From positions 2,449 through 66,448 of the IMG/VR virus record IMGVR_UViG_3300020171_000022: a stretch of 64,000 nt of DNA; one strand, given 5' to 3'. Positions 49,416 to 58,324 of this stretch are shown piece after piece. The notes below the pieces were generated by a model. It saw only the letters and a program-made list of their open reading frames with translations. It was not told where the DNA came from and did no database searches. A program made the translations under genes and the position numbers. The stretch comes from a virus. Each line of letters begins with the position of its first letter. Position 1 is the first letter of the stretch.

Positions 49416-50367
49416 ATATGTCTCAAGAACTGTAGATGACATTTTTGAGAATGCCACAGGCTTGATCGAGTGCATAGTCCTTTTAGATGGATACTGGCCT
49501 GACCCACCCATCAAAGATTATCCAAATCTAACAATCATCCATAAGGCAGAAGTAACGGGGATGCGAAACAGTGTCAACCTTGGGGCCAATCTCGCCAAGG
49601 GTAAATATATAATGAAGTGTGATGACCATTGCATGTTTGGTAAGGGATTTGATGAAATACTTCAGAAGGATATGCAGGATGATTGGCTGGTGAATCCCAG
49701 TCGATATGCCATGGATGTTGAGAAATGGGAAAGAACACGTGGGCCTACGGAATATCTATTTATAACCTATCCTTACATCAAGGATAATCTCTATGGCAAT
49801 GGACTCCACGGGAAGAAATGGATTGGTGAAGATGGTATTGGAATCAATATGGGAGTTCAGCAATTCTACTGGAAGGAAGATCACCGAAGGAATATTCCCA
49901 TTGACGATATGATGACATTTCAGGGAAGTTGTTGGTTTATGAGCAGGGATCATTATTTTAGAATCGGGGGACTTGATGAAAAACACTGTGACTTGATGGA
50001 GAATGAACCTCAAGAATTAGGATTTAAGACTTGGTTATCCGGTGGTCGGTGCGTGGTGAACAAAACTGCCTGGTATGCCCATATGCACAAGAACGAAAGG
50101 GAACTGGATAATCGTGGTAGGAGTTGGAAACTTTCTTGGGAAGCAATGAGGGCTACGGGAAGATTCCAGACATGGTATTGGATGAACGATAAGTGGCCAT
50201 TGGCAACAAGAAAGATGAAATGGTTTGTAGACCATTTTTGGCCGATTCCTGGATGGCCGGAGAACTGGGAAGAGGACAAGATACGATACGAGAAAGAGCA
50301 TCCTGAATTTTGTGGGAACTTCAGAATATTTGATGAGGATGGGATAGATTCACTTCAATGGACATAA
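49375..50367 (+). CDS. glycosyltransferase family 2
   Basis: LSIIIPSRN, VLLDG, KCDDH, FQGSCWFM. Confidence 0.9.
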   Translation: MALLSIIIPSRNCKYVSRTVDDIFENATGLIECIVLLDGYWPDPPIKDYPNLTIIHKAEVTGMRNSVNLGANLAKGKYIMKCDDHCMFGKGFDEILQKDMQDDWLVNPSRYAMDVEKWERTRGPTEYLFITYPYIKDNLYGNGLHGKKWIGEDGIGINMGVQQFYWKEDHRRNIPIDDMMTFQGSCWFMSRDHYFRIGGLDEKHCDLMENEPQELGFKTWLSGGRCVVNKTAWYAHMHKNERELDNRGRSWKLSWEAMRATGRFQTWYWMNDKWPLATRKMKWFVDHFWPIPGWPENWEEDKIRYEKEHPEFCGNFRIFDEDGIDSLQWT

Positions 50368-51035
50368 GCATCTTATACTATACTTGTAATAGGATTGATG
50401 AATCTTTTGCCAATAGGGTGAGGAATCATCTGTTGGAGTCATCTAATGGAATTCCTATTATCAGCGTCTCTCATAAAGGTTTAGATTTCGGAGAGAATAT
50501 TCGTGTGATAGATTTTGAGTCTTGCATCTACAATGTTTATAAGCAGATCCTCATTGGAGTTAAGATAGTTGAAACTAAATTTGTGGCTTGTGTGGAAGAT
50601 GATTCTCTTTATACTCCAGAGCATTTTGCTTTCAGGCCGAAAGAAGATGCGTTTTATTATAATGCAAACAGATGGATGGTTCTTAACGATTCGTTTATGT
50701 TTAAACATCGAAAGGGAGCAACGTCCACGGGTATGTGGAATTGTATTGCACCAACGGAACTTATGGTTAAGACTCTCGGACTAAGATATGAGAAATATCC
50801 AGTTAAAGGGTCTCAGATTGGTTGGGGAGAACCCGGAAGGTATGAGTATAAATTAGGACTTCCTCCCGTGAAAGCATTGGCCTTTAGGACAGAGATTCCT
50901 AATATTACCTTTGCACATAGGACAAGTTTGGGAGGGATTAGAAGAATAGGCCCAAACGATACCATATCAAAAGAATTGCCTTACTGGGGAAGTGCAAGAG
51001 AGTTAAGGGAAAGAATGTGGAATGGAACTGGATGA
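50358..51035 (+). CDS. GT-A fold glycosyltransferase
   Basis: ILYYT, VACVEDDSLY. Confidence 0.7.
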   Translation: MDISILYYTCNRIDESFANRVRNHLLESSNGIPIISVSHKGLDFGENIRVIDFESCIYNVYKQILIGVKIVETKFVACVEDDSLYTPEHFAFRPKEDAFYYNANRWMVLNDSFMFKHRKGATSTGMWNCIAPTELMVKTLGLRYEKYPVKGSQIGWGEPGRYEYKLGLPPVKALAFRTEIPNITFAHRTSLGGIRRIGPNDTISKELPYWGSARELRERMWNGTG

Positions 51036-51606
51036 CTTAATAGTTAAGAGATTCAAGATAATACAAATGGATTCGTTGCCGTTTAAATCCGATGGAGGAA
51101 CAAGGGAAATGCTTGCTGAGTTTATGGGTGAGATAGGATATAAGACAGGTGCGGAGATAGGAGTCAATAGGGGGGCATACTCGGAAGTCCTTTGTAGGTC
51201 AATTTCTAGCCTGAAATTAAAATGTATTGACCCATGGGCTCCGTTCAGGAGAAATTCCAAAGAAAAAATGGAAGGACATTTTATCCGTGCCTGCAAGAGA
51301 TTGAGATCCTATGATGCAGAGATTATCAGAAAACCAAGCATGGAAGCCGTCAGGGACATTCCAGATAAGTCCCTTGACTTTATTTACATTGATGCGATGC
51401 ACGAATTCGACCCCGTGATGCTTGACCTTATTCTCTGGAGCGACAAGATCCGACCTGGCGGTATGGTTGCAGGACATGATTATTCTGAACCTAATTGGTG
51501 GAATGGTGTGATGTCGGCAGTGAATAACTATACCAAGGAACACAATATCTTGAAGTGGTACATAACAGATGAAGAAGACCCGTCATTTTTTTGGATAAAA
51601 GCATAA
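51022..51606 (+). CDS. class I SAM methyltransferase
   Basis: AEIGV..G, IDPW, DFIYIDAMH, GGMVAGHDY. Confidence 0.9.
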   Translation: MELDDLIVKRFKIIQMDSLPFKSDGGTREMLAEFMGEIGYKTGAEIGVNRGAYSEVLCRSISSLKLKCIDPWAPFRRNSKEKMEGHFIRACKRLRSYDAEIIRKPSMEAVRDIPDKSLDFIYIDAMHEFDPVMLDLILWSDKIRPGGMVAGHDYSEPNWWNGVMSAVNNYTKEHNILKWYITDEEDPSFFWIKA

Positions 51607-52109
51607 TGGATGGTCTATGTTATGGATTGATGGGAAGTTTCGTCAGAAGATATTTGAGGAAAAAGAGAGGATTATTTGTTTGTGATATTGGAAGTTGTGA
51701 TATTAATGGATCATTCAAACCCTTATTTGGGAGACATAAATATTTGGGGTTAGATATCAAAGAGGGGCCGAATGTTGATATTATCTCAGAAGATTTATAC
51801 AGATATCCATTTGAGAATGAGACATTTGATGTCGTTATCTCTGGTTCTACGGTTGAGCATGTGAAGAATATGTTTAGATGGATTGTGGAACTGAAAAGAA
51901 TCGTAAAAAGAGAAGGTTTAATTTGCATTATTGCACCATCGGTATTTCGTATGAATCATCCGCATCCAGTGGACTGTTGGAGGATTTATCCAGATGGGAT
52001 GAGGTTCTTATTGGAAATGATTGCAGGACTTGAAGTGTTGAAGATAAGAAGTAGTGGCTCAAAAAGAGGAACGATAATGTGTATGGGAATAGGTAAGAAA
52101 TATGATTGA
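51606..52109 (+). CDS. class I SAM methyltransferase
   Basis: DIGSCDING, FDVVISGSTVEH, PVDCWR. Confidence 0.88.
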   Translation: MDGLCYGLMGSFVRRYLRKKRGLFVCDIGSCDINGSFKPLFGRHKYLGLDIKEGPNVDIISEDLYRYPFENETFDVVISGSTVEHVKNMFRWIVELKRIVKREGLICIIAPSVFRMNHPHPVDCWRIYPDGMRFLLEMIAGLEVLKIRSSGSKRGTIMCMGIGKKYD

Positions 52110-52818
52110 TGCATTGGTTATATCCATAGACGAACCTCAACTTAACAGATGCTTAAAGGCTGTAGAAAACCAGACCGTTCCGTTCTTAAGGGTCATTCAT
52201 ATAAACGGGATTGTGCCTGAAAGTGAGGCCGTGAACCATGCCCTAAAAAAGGTTTCTTCGGAATGGGTGATGAAGGTGGACGGAGACATTATTCTTTATC
52301 CCAATGCCCTTGAAACTGTCATGAAATACATGGAAAAGGACTTGTCTCCTCAGGTATGCGGATATTACTTCGGACTAAAGGATACCTTTATGGATTGCGA
52401 TATTGGTTTCTGTGGAGTCCTGAGAACTCAACCTTATCGGTCCGTGAAGCGTAAAGATAAGATGAATGGGGATTTAAACGTGGTGATCGAACTTCGTAAA
52501 CAGGGCTGGTTTGTCCGAAAGTTACTCAAGGAAGGGATCATTATCGGGACTCACTTTGATAAGCCAGATGAATTTCAGGTGTTTGGGAGATTTTATCGCA
52601 GCGGGAAAAGAGCAGATGACAATACATTTGAGATAAATCAGTTGACTGGACTCTTAAATAAGACTGGTAATTCTCTATATGGAATTGCTCTTGATGCTAT
52701 TCGGTTCGCAAAGACAAAGGACAGGTATTATATAGGAAGTCGAAACGTGGACTTTGATAAAAAGTTGTATGAGGAATTCAAAGATAATGAAAATTTCTGT
52801 GGTTATAGCCGTGCTTAA
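52102..52818 (+). CDS. glycosyltransferase (GT2-like)
   Basis: CLKAVENQT, WVMKVDGD. Confidence 0.75.
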   Translation: MIDALVISIDEPQLNRCLKAVENQTVPFLRVIHINGIVPESEAVNHALKKVSSEWVMKVDGDIILYPNALETVMKYMEKDLSPQVCGYYFGLKDTFMDCDIGFCGVLRTQPYRSVKRKDKMNGDLNVVIELRKQGWFVRKLLKEGIIIGTHFDKPDEFQVFGRFYRSGKRADDNTFEINQLTGLLNKTGNSLYGIALDAIRFAKTKDRYYIGSRNVDFDKKLYEEFKDNENFCGYSRA

Positions 52819-53539
52819 TTCTCATGAAGTTGTCAGAAGGCAAATTGAGCATTTTAAGATGATGAATTTGTCTGATGAGGTTGAGTTTATTTTCGTGGAT
52901 GATGGGAGCGAACCACCATTAAATAATGGAATGGTAAAAGGTGAGATAAAGAATTTGAGTTTCTATTTTACTAACGATAAACGTCCATGGACACAGGGAT
53001 TGGCAAGGAACATGGGAGCATCTAAGGCAACAGGAGAATACCTATTCTTTACGGATATTGACCACATTATTACAAAGGAAGTCATAGATGACGTCCTCAG
53101 ATTCGATGGAGATAAGATGGTATTTCCACGATACTTTGGGATACTGGATGAAAAAGGAAACATTGTCAGTGATGCTGAATCCATGATTGAATTTGGGTTG
53201 CATCCAAGAAGACTAAGGACTCGCAGGGGAATTATGTGTGCAGGATTCCATGGAAATACCTATGCCATAAGGAAGACCATTTTTGAAAAGATGGGAGGGT
53301 ATGATCCCCGTTATTGTCAGTCCATGTTTCATGTTGGTGGAAGATTTCAGTCTGAGGAAAGCAAGTTTAATAGCAAGTATAGACAACTTATTATCAGGGG
53401 AGAAGTTGAAGGAGATGTTGTTGGTTCAAAGCTTTACTGTTATCCAGTGAGTAAGTTTAGGGTTGACAGAGATAATAATCCATTTGGCCTATTCCATAAT
53501 TTAAGTTTGGAGCAGGTTCCGCAACCAATGATGAAGTGA
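52787..53539 (+). CDS. glycosyltransferase family 2
   Basis: ISVVIAV, VDDGS, ARNMGA, FTDIDH, GGYD. Confidence 0.9.
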   Translation: MKISVVIAVLNSHEVVRRQIEHFKMMNLSDEVEFIFVDDGSEPPLNNGMVKGEIKNLSFYFTNDKRPWTQGLARNMGASKATGEYLFFTDIDHIITKEVIDDVLRFDGDKMVFPRYFGILDEKGNIVSDAESMIEFGLHPRRLRTRRGIMCAGFHGNTYAIRKTIFEKMGGYDPRYCQSMFHVGGRFQSEESKFNSKYRQLIIRGEVEGDVVGSKLYCYPVSKFRVDRDNNPFGLFHNLSLEQVPQPMMK

Positions 53540-53540
53540 G

Positions 53541-54155
53541 ATGGAAACTTACGAACATAAAAATTATGAATGGTATACGGCAGTTCAAAAAAAACTTACT
53601 GCAAAGAAAACTGATCATGGCAACAGTTCTTTGTCATGGATTGATGAGGAGGGTTTGGTGGTGGTAAATAAATTGATACATTCTCATGTTAACGACATCA
53701 AAGTCGTTGTATGTCATGGATGCAGGAGCGGGGTTGAGGTGGATGTTCTTCAGAGATTAAATCCAGACGCAAGAGTATTCGGAACTGATCTGTATGGTGA
53801 AGCCTATAAGTACAACAGAACATATTTTAGGGAGATGGACTTCGATGATGTTCCACCAGAATGGGTAGGATACTTCGATGTCATTTATTCTAATTCCATA
53901 GACCATAGTAGGAATCCCATAAATACCCTGATGGCATGGAAATCTGAATTGAAAAATAATGGAATTTGCTTTGTAAATTTTCATTGGGGAAGAGGAGTAA
54001 GCAGGGAAGATTGCTTTCACCTTGATCCGGCAAGATATGAGGAAGAAATCAAGGAAATAGCCGAAAAGATTGGGATGAAGGTTCTCTATATTTCAACCCC
54101 ATATTCATTTGCTGATGGGGCCAGTTGTGCGGATGTAATTCTGGAGAAGGCATGA
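53541..54155 (+). CDS. putative SAM methyltransferase
   Basis: CHGCRSG, FDVIYSNSIDH. Confidence 0.75.
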   Translation: METYEHKNYEWYTAVQKKLTAKKTDHGNSSLSWIDEEGLVVVNKLIHSHVNDIKVVVCHGCRSGVEVDVLQRLNPDARVFGTDLYGEAYKYNRTYFREMDFDDVPPEWVGYFDVIYSNSIDHSRNPINTLMAWKSELKNNGICFVNFHWGRGVSREDCFHLDPARYEEEIKEIAEKIGMKVLYISTPYSFADGASCADVILEKA

Positions 54156-55105
54156 AAGCACTTGTTACGGGTGGATGCGGATTTATCGGTTCTTACTTGT
54201 GCGAATATCTAATTAATAAAGGATATTCGGTTAAAGTGATTGATGACCTTTCAACGGGACGTTATGAGAATATTGCACATTTGGAAGATAATGAAAGGTT
54301 TGAACTCATTATTGACACCATATTAAATAAATCTTTGGTTGAAAAGTTAGTCAGGGAAGTTGATGTTATTTTCCACTTGGCTTCGGCGGTAGGAGTAAGA
54401 CTTATCATCGAAAAACCCGTTAAAACAATAGAGACGATTATCGAGGGAACAAATATTATTTTATCCCAAGCAAGAAAATATCGAAAAAATGTTCTCATTA
54501 CTTCATCTTCGGAAGTTTACGGTAAGGGTAGTAAAATTCCATTTTCAGAACAAGATGATACCTTATTAGGCTATACAGGCACACGGCGATGGGCTTATGG
54601 AGCGGCTAAAGGAATAAATGAATTCCTTGCCTTTGCACATTGGCACGAGACAAAGTTGCCTGTCATCTGTGTTCGCTTATTTAATACCGTAGGCCCTCGA
54701 CAGACAGGTCAGTATGGAATGGTTATTCCAACTTTCATTGAACAGGCATTGCAAGGAAAGGATATTACGGTATATGGACATGGTTGTCAAACTCGTTCAT
54801 TCTGTGATGTTAGGGATGTAGTTCCTGCTTTATTTGATTTGATGAATTGTGAGGATGCTGTTGGCAGGGTAGTCAATATAGGGAGTGATGAAGAGGTTTC
54901 GATCAATCATCTTGCAGAGAGAATAAAGGAACTTACTGGATCAACATCTCAAATAATCTATATTCCCTACGAAAAGGCTTATATGGAAGGATTTGAGGAT
55001 ATGGTGAGAAGGGTTCCTAATATAAATTTGGCTAAAAAACTCATAGGATTCAAGCCTCAATATAGTCTTGATGAAACTTTAAAATTCATTTTAGATAGAT
55101 ATTAA
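54152..55105 (+). CDS. NAD-dependent nucleotide-sugar epimerase/dehydratase
   Basis: LVTGGCGFIGS, SSSEVYG, YGAAK, RLFNTVGPRQ. Confidence 0.95.
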   Translation: MKALVTGGCGFIGSYLCEYLINKGYSVKVIDDLSTGRYENIAHLEDNERFELIIDTILNKSLVEKLVREVDVIFHLASAVGVRLIIEKPVKTIETIIEGTNIILSQARKYRKNVLITSSSEVYGKGSKIPFSEQDDTLLGYTGTRRWAYGAAKGINEFLAFAHWHETKLPVICVRLFNTVGPRQTGQYGMVIPTFIEQALQGKDITVYGHGCQTRSFCDVRDVVPALFDLMNCEDAVGRVVNIGSDEEVSINHLAERIKELTGSTSQIIYIPYEKAYMEGFEDMVRRVPNINLAKKLIGFKPQYSLDETLKFILDRY

Positions 55106-55857
55106 TGGAAAAGATAACTGTTATCTCCCATTTTTATAACGAAGAACTTCTTGCTCCATTGTTCTTTAATCATTACAGATATTGTGATGAAGTACGCATT
55201 CTGCTTGATACGGATACCAATGATAGGACAAGGGAGATAGCGTCAGGGTATCCCAATGTCATCATTCAGGACGTTCATTGTCCTGATAATATGGACAATA
55301 TTCAGATGCTTGCCAACATCAATCAGTCTATCTCTGAAGTTAAAGATGGTTGGATATATATGGTAGATGCGGATGAGTTCATCTTTCCAGAATACCATGA
55401 AGACCCGCAGACCTTCTTGGCAAGGCAGACTGCCGAGGTGGTGAATTGTCTTTATTTTCATGTTTACCGCCATGTTACGGAGAAGGATATTGATTATATG
55501 CAAGACCCTATTCCGCAAAGAGTCCATGCTTATGGTTGGGGAGAAAACTTCAGGGATTACTTTGTGAAGCCCAGTGTGTTTAGGGCTTCCACTAAGATTG
55601 TCTTAACCATTGGGAACCATGGTTATGTGGGAATACATTCAGTATCCAGCGAGAGATACATAGGCGCTCATTGGAAGCAGGCTGATTATGAAATTTGTAT
55701 CCGTAGAAGATTATCTAACAAAATAAGACATAGTCAGCATGACCATAAGAAAGGATGGGGAAATCACGATTTTAATATCACGGAAGAGAGGTTAAGGGCA
55801 CAGTTGGAGAAGAACTCCAATCTTCCGGAGTTGAAGTATTTTACGGAGAGAAGATAA
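55105..55857 (+). CDS. glycosyltransferase (GT2-like)
   Basis: YNEELL..FFNHY, WIYMVDADEF. Confidence 0.8.
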   Translation: MEKITVISHFYNEELLAPLFFNHYRYCDEVRILLDTDTNDRTREIASGYPNVIIQDVHCPDNMDNIQMLANINQSISEVKDGWIYMVDADEFIFPEYHEDPQTFLARQTAEVVNCLYFHVYRHVTEKDIDYMQDPIPQRVHAYGWGENFRDYFVKPSVFRASTKIVLTIGNHGYVGIHSVSSERYIGAHWKQADYEICIRRRLSNKIRHSQHDHKKGWGNHDFNITEERLRAQLEKNSNLPELKYFTERR

Positions 55858-56333
55858 TGCTAAGATCAGAAGTAAGGAAAAATGCAGAGTCATTTATGTT
55901 GCGTTATAAGGATTTTTTCGATGGGAAAAGAGTAATAGATTTTGGTGCTGGTCGTTTCAGGCAATACAAAGATTTTTTCAATTATGCCGAATATATTCCG
56001 TTAGACAAAGCCCTTAATGGTGTAGACATCTGTAAAAAGATGGATGTAGTCGGAGATTGCGGAATCTGTATCGCAGTTCTTGAACATTGTATAGACCCAG
56101 TTTCGGCACTCAAGAACATTAAGGAATGTATCGGGAATGGCTATTTCTTGCTTTCTGTTTCGGTAAAATATGTGCCTCATATGCTTCCAGATGACTATTA
56201 TAGATTTACCCCAGAGTTCTGGAGAGTGGTAGAAAGTTGTGGATTTAAAGTAATTGATAAGGCTGAAGTAACAGGAAAGGGTTTAGACGGTAGTGAAAGT
56301 TCGATGCTGACAATGTTTTGCAAGGGGAAATAA
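55857..56333 (+). CDS. SAM methyltransferase
   Basis: VIDFGAG, VLEH, PDDYYRFT. Confidence 0.82.
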   Translation: MLRSEVRKNAESFMLRYKDFFDGKRVIDFGAGRFRQYKDFFNYAEYIPLDKALNGVDICKKMDVVGDCGICIAVLEHCIDPVSALKNIKECIGNGYFLLSVSVKYVPHMLPDDYYRFTPEFWRVVESCGFKVIDKAEVTGKGLDGSESSMLTMFCKGK

Positions 56334-57211
56334 TGAAAATTCTATTAGTTGGTTTAGGAAGATGGGGAAAGAATCACCTACAGGTATTGAAAACTCTGGT
56401 AGATGAGGTCTACGTGGCCGAATCAGACATGGACCGATTAATGAGTTGTGAAGGAATTCCTCCCTATCATTTATTTACAGATTACTTTGAAGCCTTGGAA
56501 GATGTAGATTGTGTTGACGTAGTAACTCCTGCTGACAGTCATTTTGAGATTGTAATGGAGAGTCTATCGGCTGGCAAGGATGTGTTTGTTGAGAAACCTA
56601 TCGCTATGACTACGGCTGAGGCCAGAGAGATGATGCGATGTCAAGATGGACATATACTCCAAGTGGGACATATCTACCGCTATCATCCAATAGTGATAGA
56701 AATAAAAAAAATTCTTAATGAGGGACAACTTGGGAAAATTCAATATGCGTCTGCCCATTTTCTTGATTGTAAGCCACCGAGGAAAGATGTAGGTGTGATA
56801 CAGACAGATGCAATTCATTTCTTTGATATGTTTAACTACCTATTTTATGAGACTCCAGATTCAGTGACATCGGTTGTAGGGAACCATATTGCGGGTTCCA
56901 CGTTTGACAATGTTTCTATGTCGATTCTCCATTATTCAGACAAGGCAGTTCATATCGAGGCAAGCTGTATGGCACACGAGAGACAACGGGATTTCTGTAT
57001 TGTGGGAGATAAGGGGTCTATTTACCGAAACCTTCTTCTTCCCGTATATTCCCCTTCACCTCTGGAAACTGAACTCAGGGCTTTCATTGATTCAGTAAAG
57101 AATAGAACCACACCTCTTGCCGACTGGAAAGCAGGCTACAATGCATTGAAAATCGTTGAGGCGTGTTATGAGTCCTCAATCACAGGAAGGAGAATAGCGA
57201 TTCAATGGTAA
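56333..57211 (+). CDS. Gfo/Idh/MocA oxidoreductase
   Basis: VGLGRWG, TPADSH, VFVEKP, DAIHFFD. Confidence 0.92.
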   Translation: MKILLVGLGRWGKNHLQVLKTLVDEVYVAESDMDRLMSCEGIPPYHLFTDYFEALEDVDCVDVVTPADSHFEIVMESLSAGKDVFVEKPIAMTTAEAREMMRCQDGHILQVGHIYRYHPIVIEIKKILNEGQLGKIQYASAHFLDCKPPRKDVGVIQTDAIHFFDMFNYLFYETPDSVTSVVGNHIAGSTFDNVSMSILHYSDKAVHIEASCMAHERQRDFCIVGDKGSIYRNLLLPVYSPSPLETELRAFIDSVKNRTTPLADWKAGYNALKIVEACYESSITGRRIAIQW

Positions 57212-58323
57212 TCCCTCTTTCAAAACCATATGTGGATCAGGAAATCAAAGACAGTATTCTGAAAGTCATTGATTCAGGGCATTATGTCCTTGGAAACGAA
57301 TGTAAGGCGTTTGAGAAGGAATTTGCCCAGTTTATTGGTGTAAAACATGCGATTCTCACTTCTTCTGGGACATCTGCCATTTTTTTATGTTTGAAGGCGC
57401 TTGGAGTTGGCCCTGGCGATGGAATTCTTGTGCCTTCCCTTACGGCCTTCCCCACAATTGAACCTATCTTCCATGTGGGAGCCAAACCTATTTTTGTCGA
57501 TATTGATGAGACATTTACGATGGATTCTCAATACATAGAAGTTATTTTAGAGAATAGTCGTTCATGGTCGGGAAAGATAAAAGGAATTTTGCCTGTTCAC
57601 CTCTATGGGCATCCGGCAGATATGGGATCAATACTTCATTTGGCAAGGCAATATGGACTTTTTGTTCTGGAGGATTGCTGCCAGGCCCATGGAGCAAGGT
57701 ATAAAGGAAAACGGGTAGGATCAATGGGAATTGCTGGTTGTTTCTCATTTTATCCTTCAAAGAACTTAACGGTTCTTGGAGACGGGGGAATGATTGTTAC
57801 GTTGGATGATAGGATAGCTGAGATTTGCCGAATGCTAAGAGATCATGGGCGAAGAGAAAAGTACGAACATGAATTGATCGGGTACAATTTGAGATTTAAT
57901 GAGATCCAAGCGGCGATAGGTTGTCTTCAGCTTCGCAAGTTGGATGAATTTAATGAAATGAGGAGGGATATTGCTCGATGGTACAATGATGGGTTGAGGG
58001 GAACCCCTATAATCACGCCCAAGGTAAAGGGTTGGGCTGAATCTGTTTACCATCTCTATGTGATTCAGACCCCTGACAGGGATAAACTTACTACTTTTTT
58101 AAGAGAGAAGGAGATTCAAACAGGAATCCATTATCCTATTCCTTGTCATCAGCAGCCACCCGTTCGGAATGTTCTTGGCCCACAGCGGAAATTAGTGAAG
58201 ACCGAAGAAACAGTTAACAAAATTCTTTCTCTCCCAATGTATCCAGGGCTTAGGAGAGAAGATGTGGATTATATTTGTGATAATATTAAGGAGTTTTTTA
58301 GAGACCCAATATCGGAGCGATGA
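57205..58323 (+). CDS. DegT/DnrJ/EryC1/StrS sugar aminotransferase
   Basis: SSGTSA, PVHLYG, EDCCQAHGA, FSFYPSKNL. Confidence 0.95.
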   Translation: MVIPLSKPYVDQEIKDSILKVIDSGHYVLGNECKAFEKEFAQFIGVKHAILTSSGTSAIFLCLKALGVGPGDGILVPSLTAFPTIEPIFHVGAKPIFVDIDETFTMDSQYIEVILENSRSWSGKIKGILPVHLYGHPADMGSILHLARQYGLFVLEDCCQAHGARYKGKRVGSMGIAGCFSFYPSKNLTVLGDGGMIVTLDDRIAEICRMLRDHGRREKYEHELIGYNLRFNEIQAAIGCLQLRKLDEFNEMRRDIARWYNDGLRGTPIITPKVKGWAESVYHLYVIQTPDRDKLTTFLREKEIQTGIHYPIPCHQQPPVRNVLGPQRKLVKTEETVNKILSLPMYPGLRREDVDYICDNIKEFFRDPISER

Positions 58324-58324
58324 A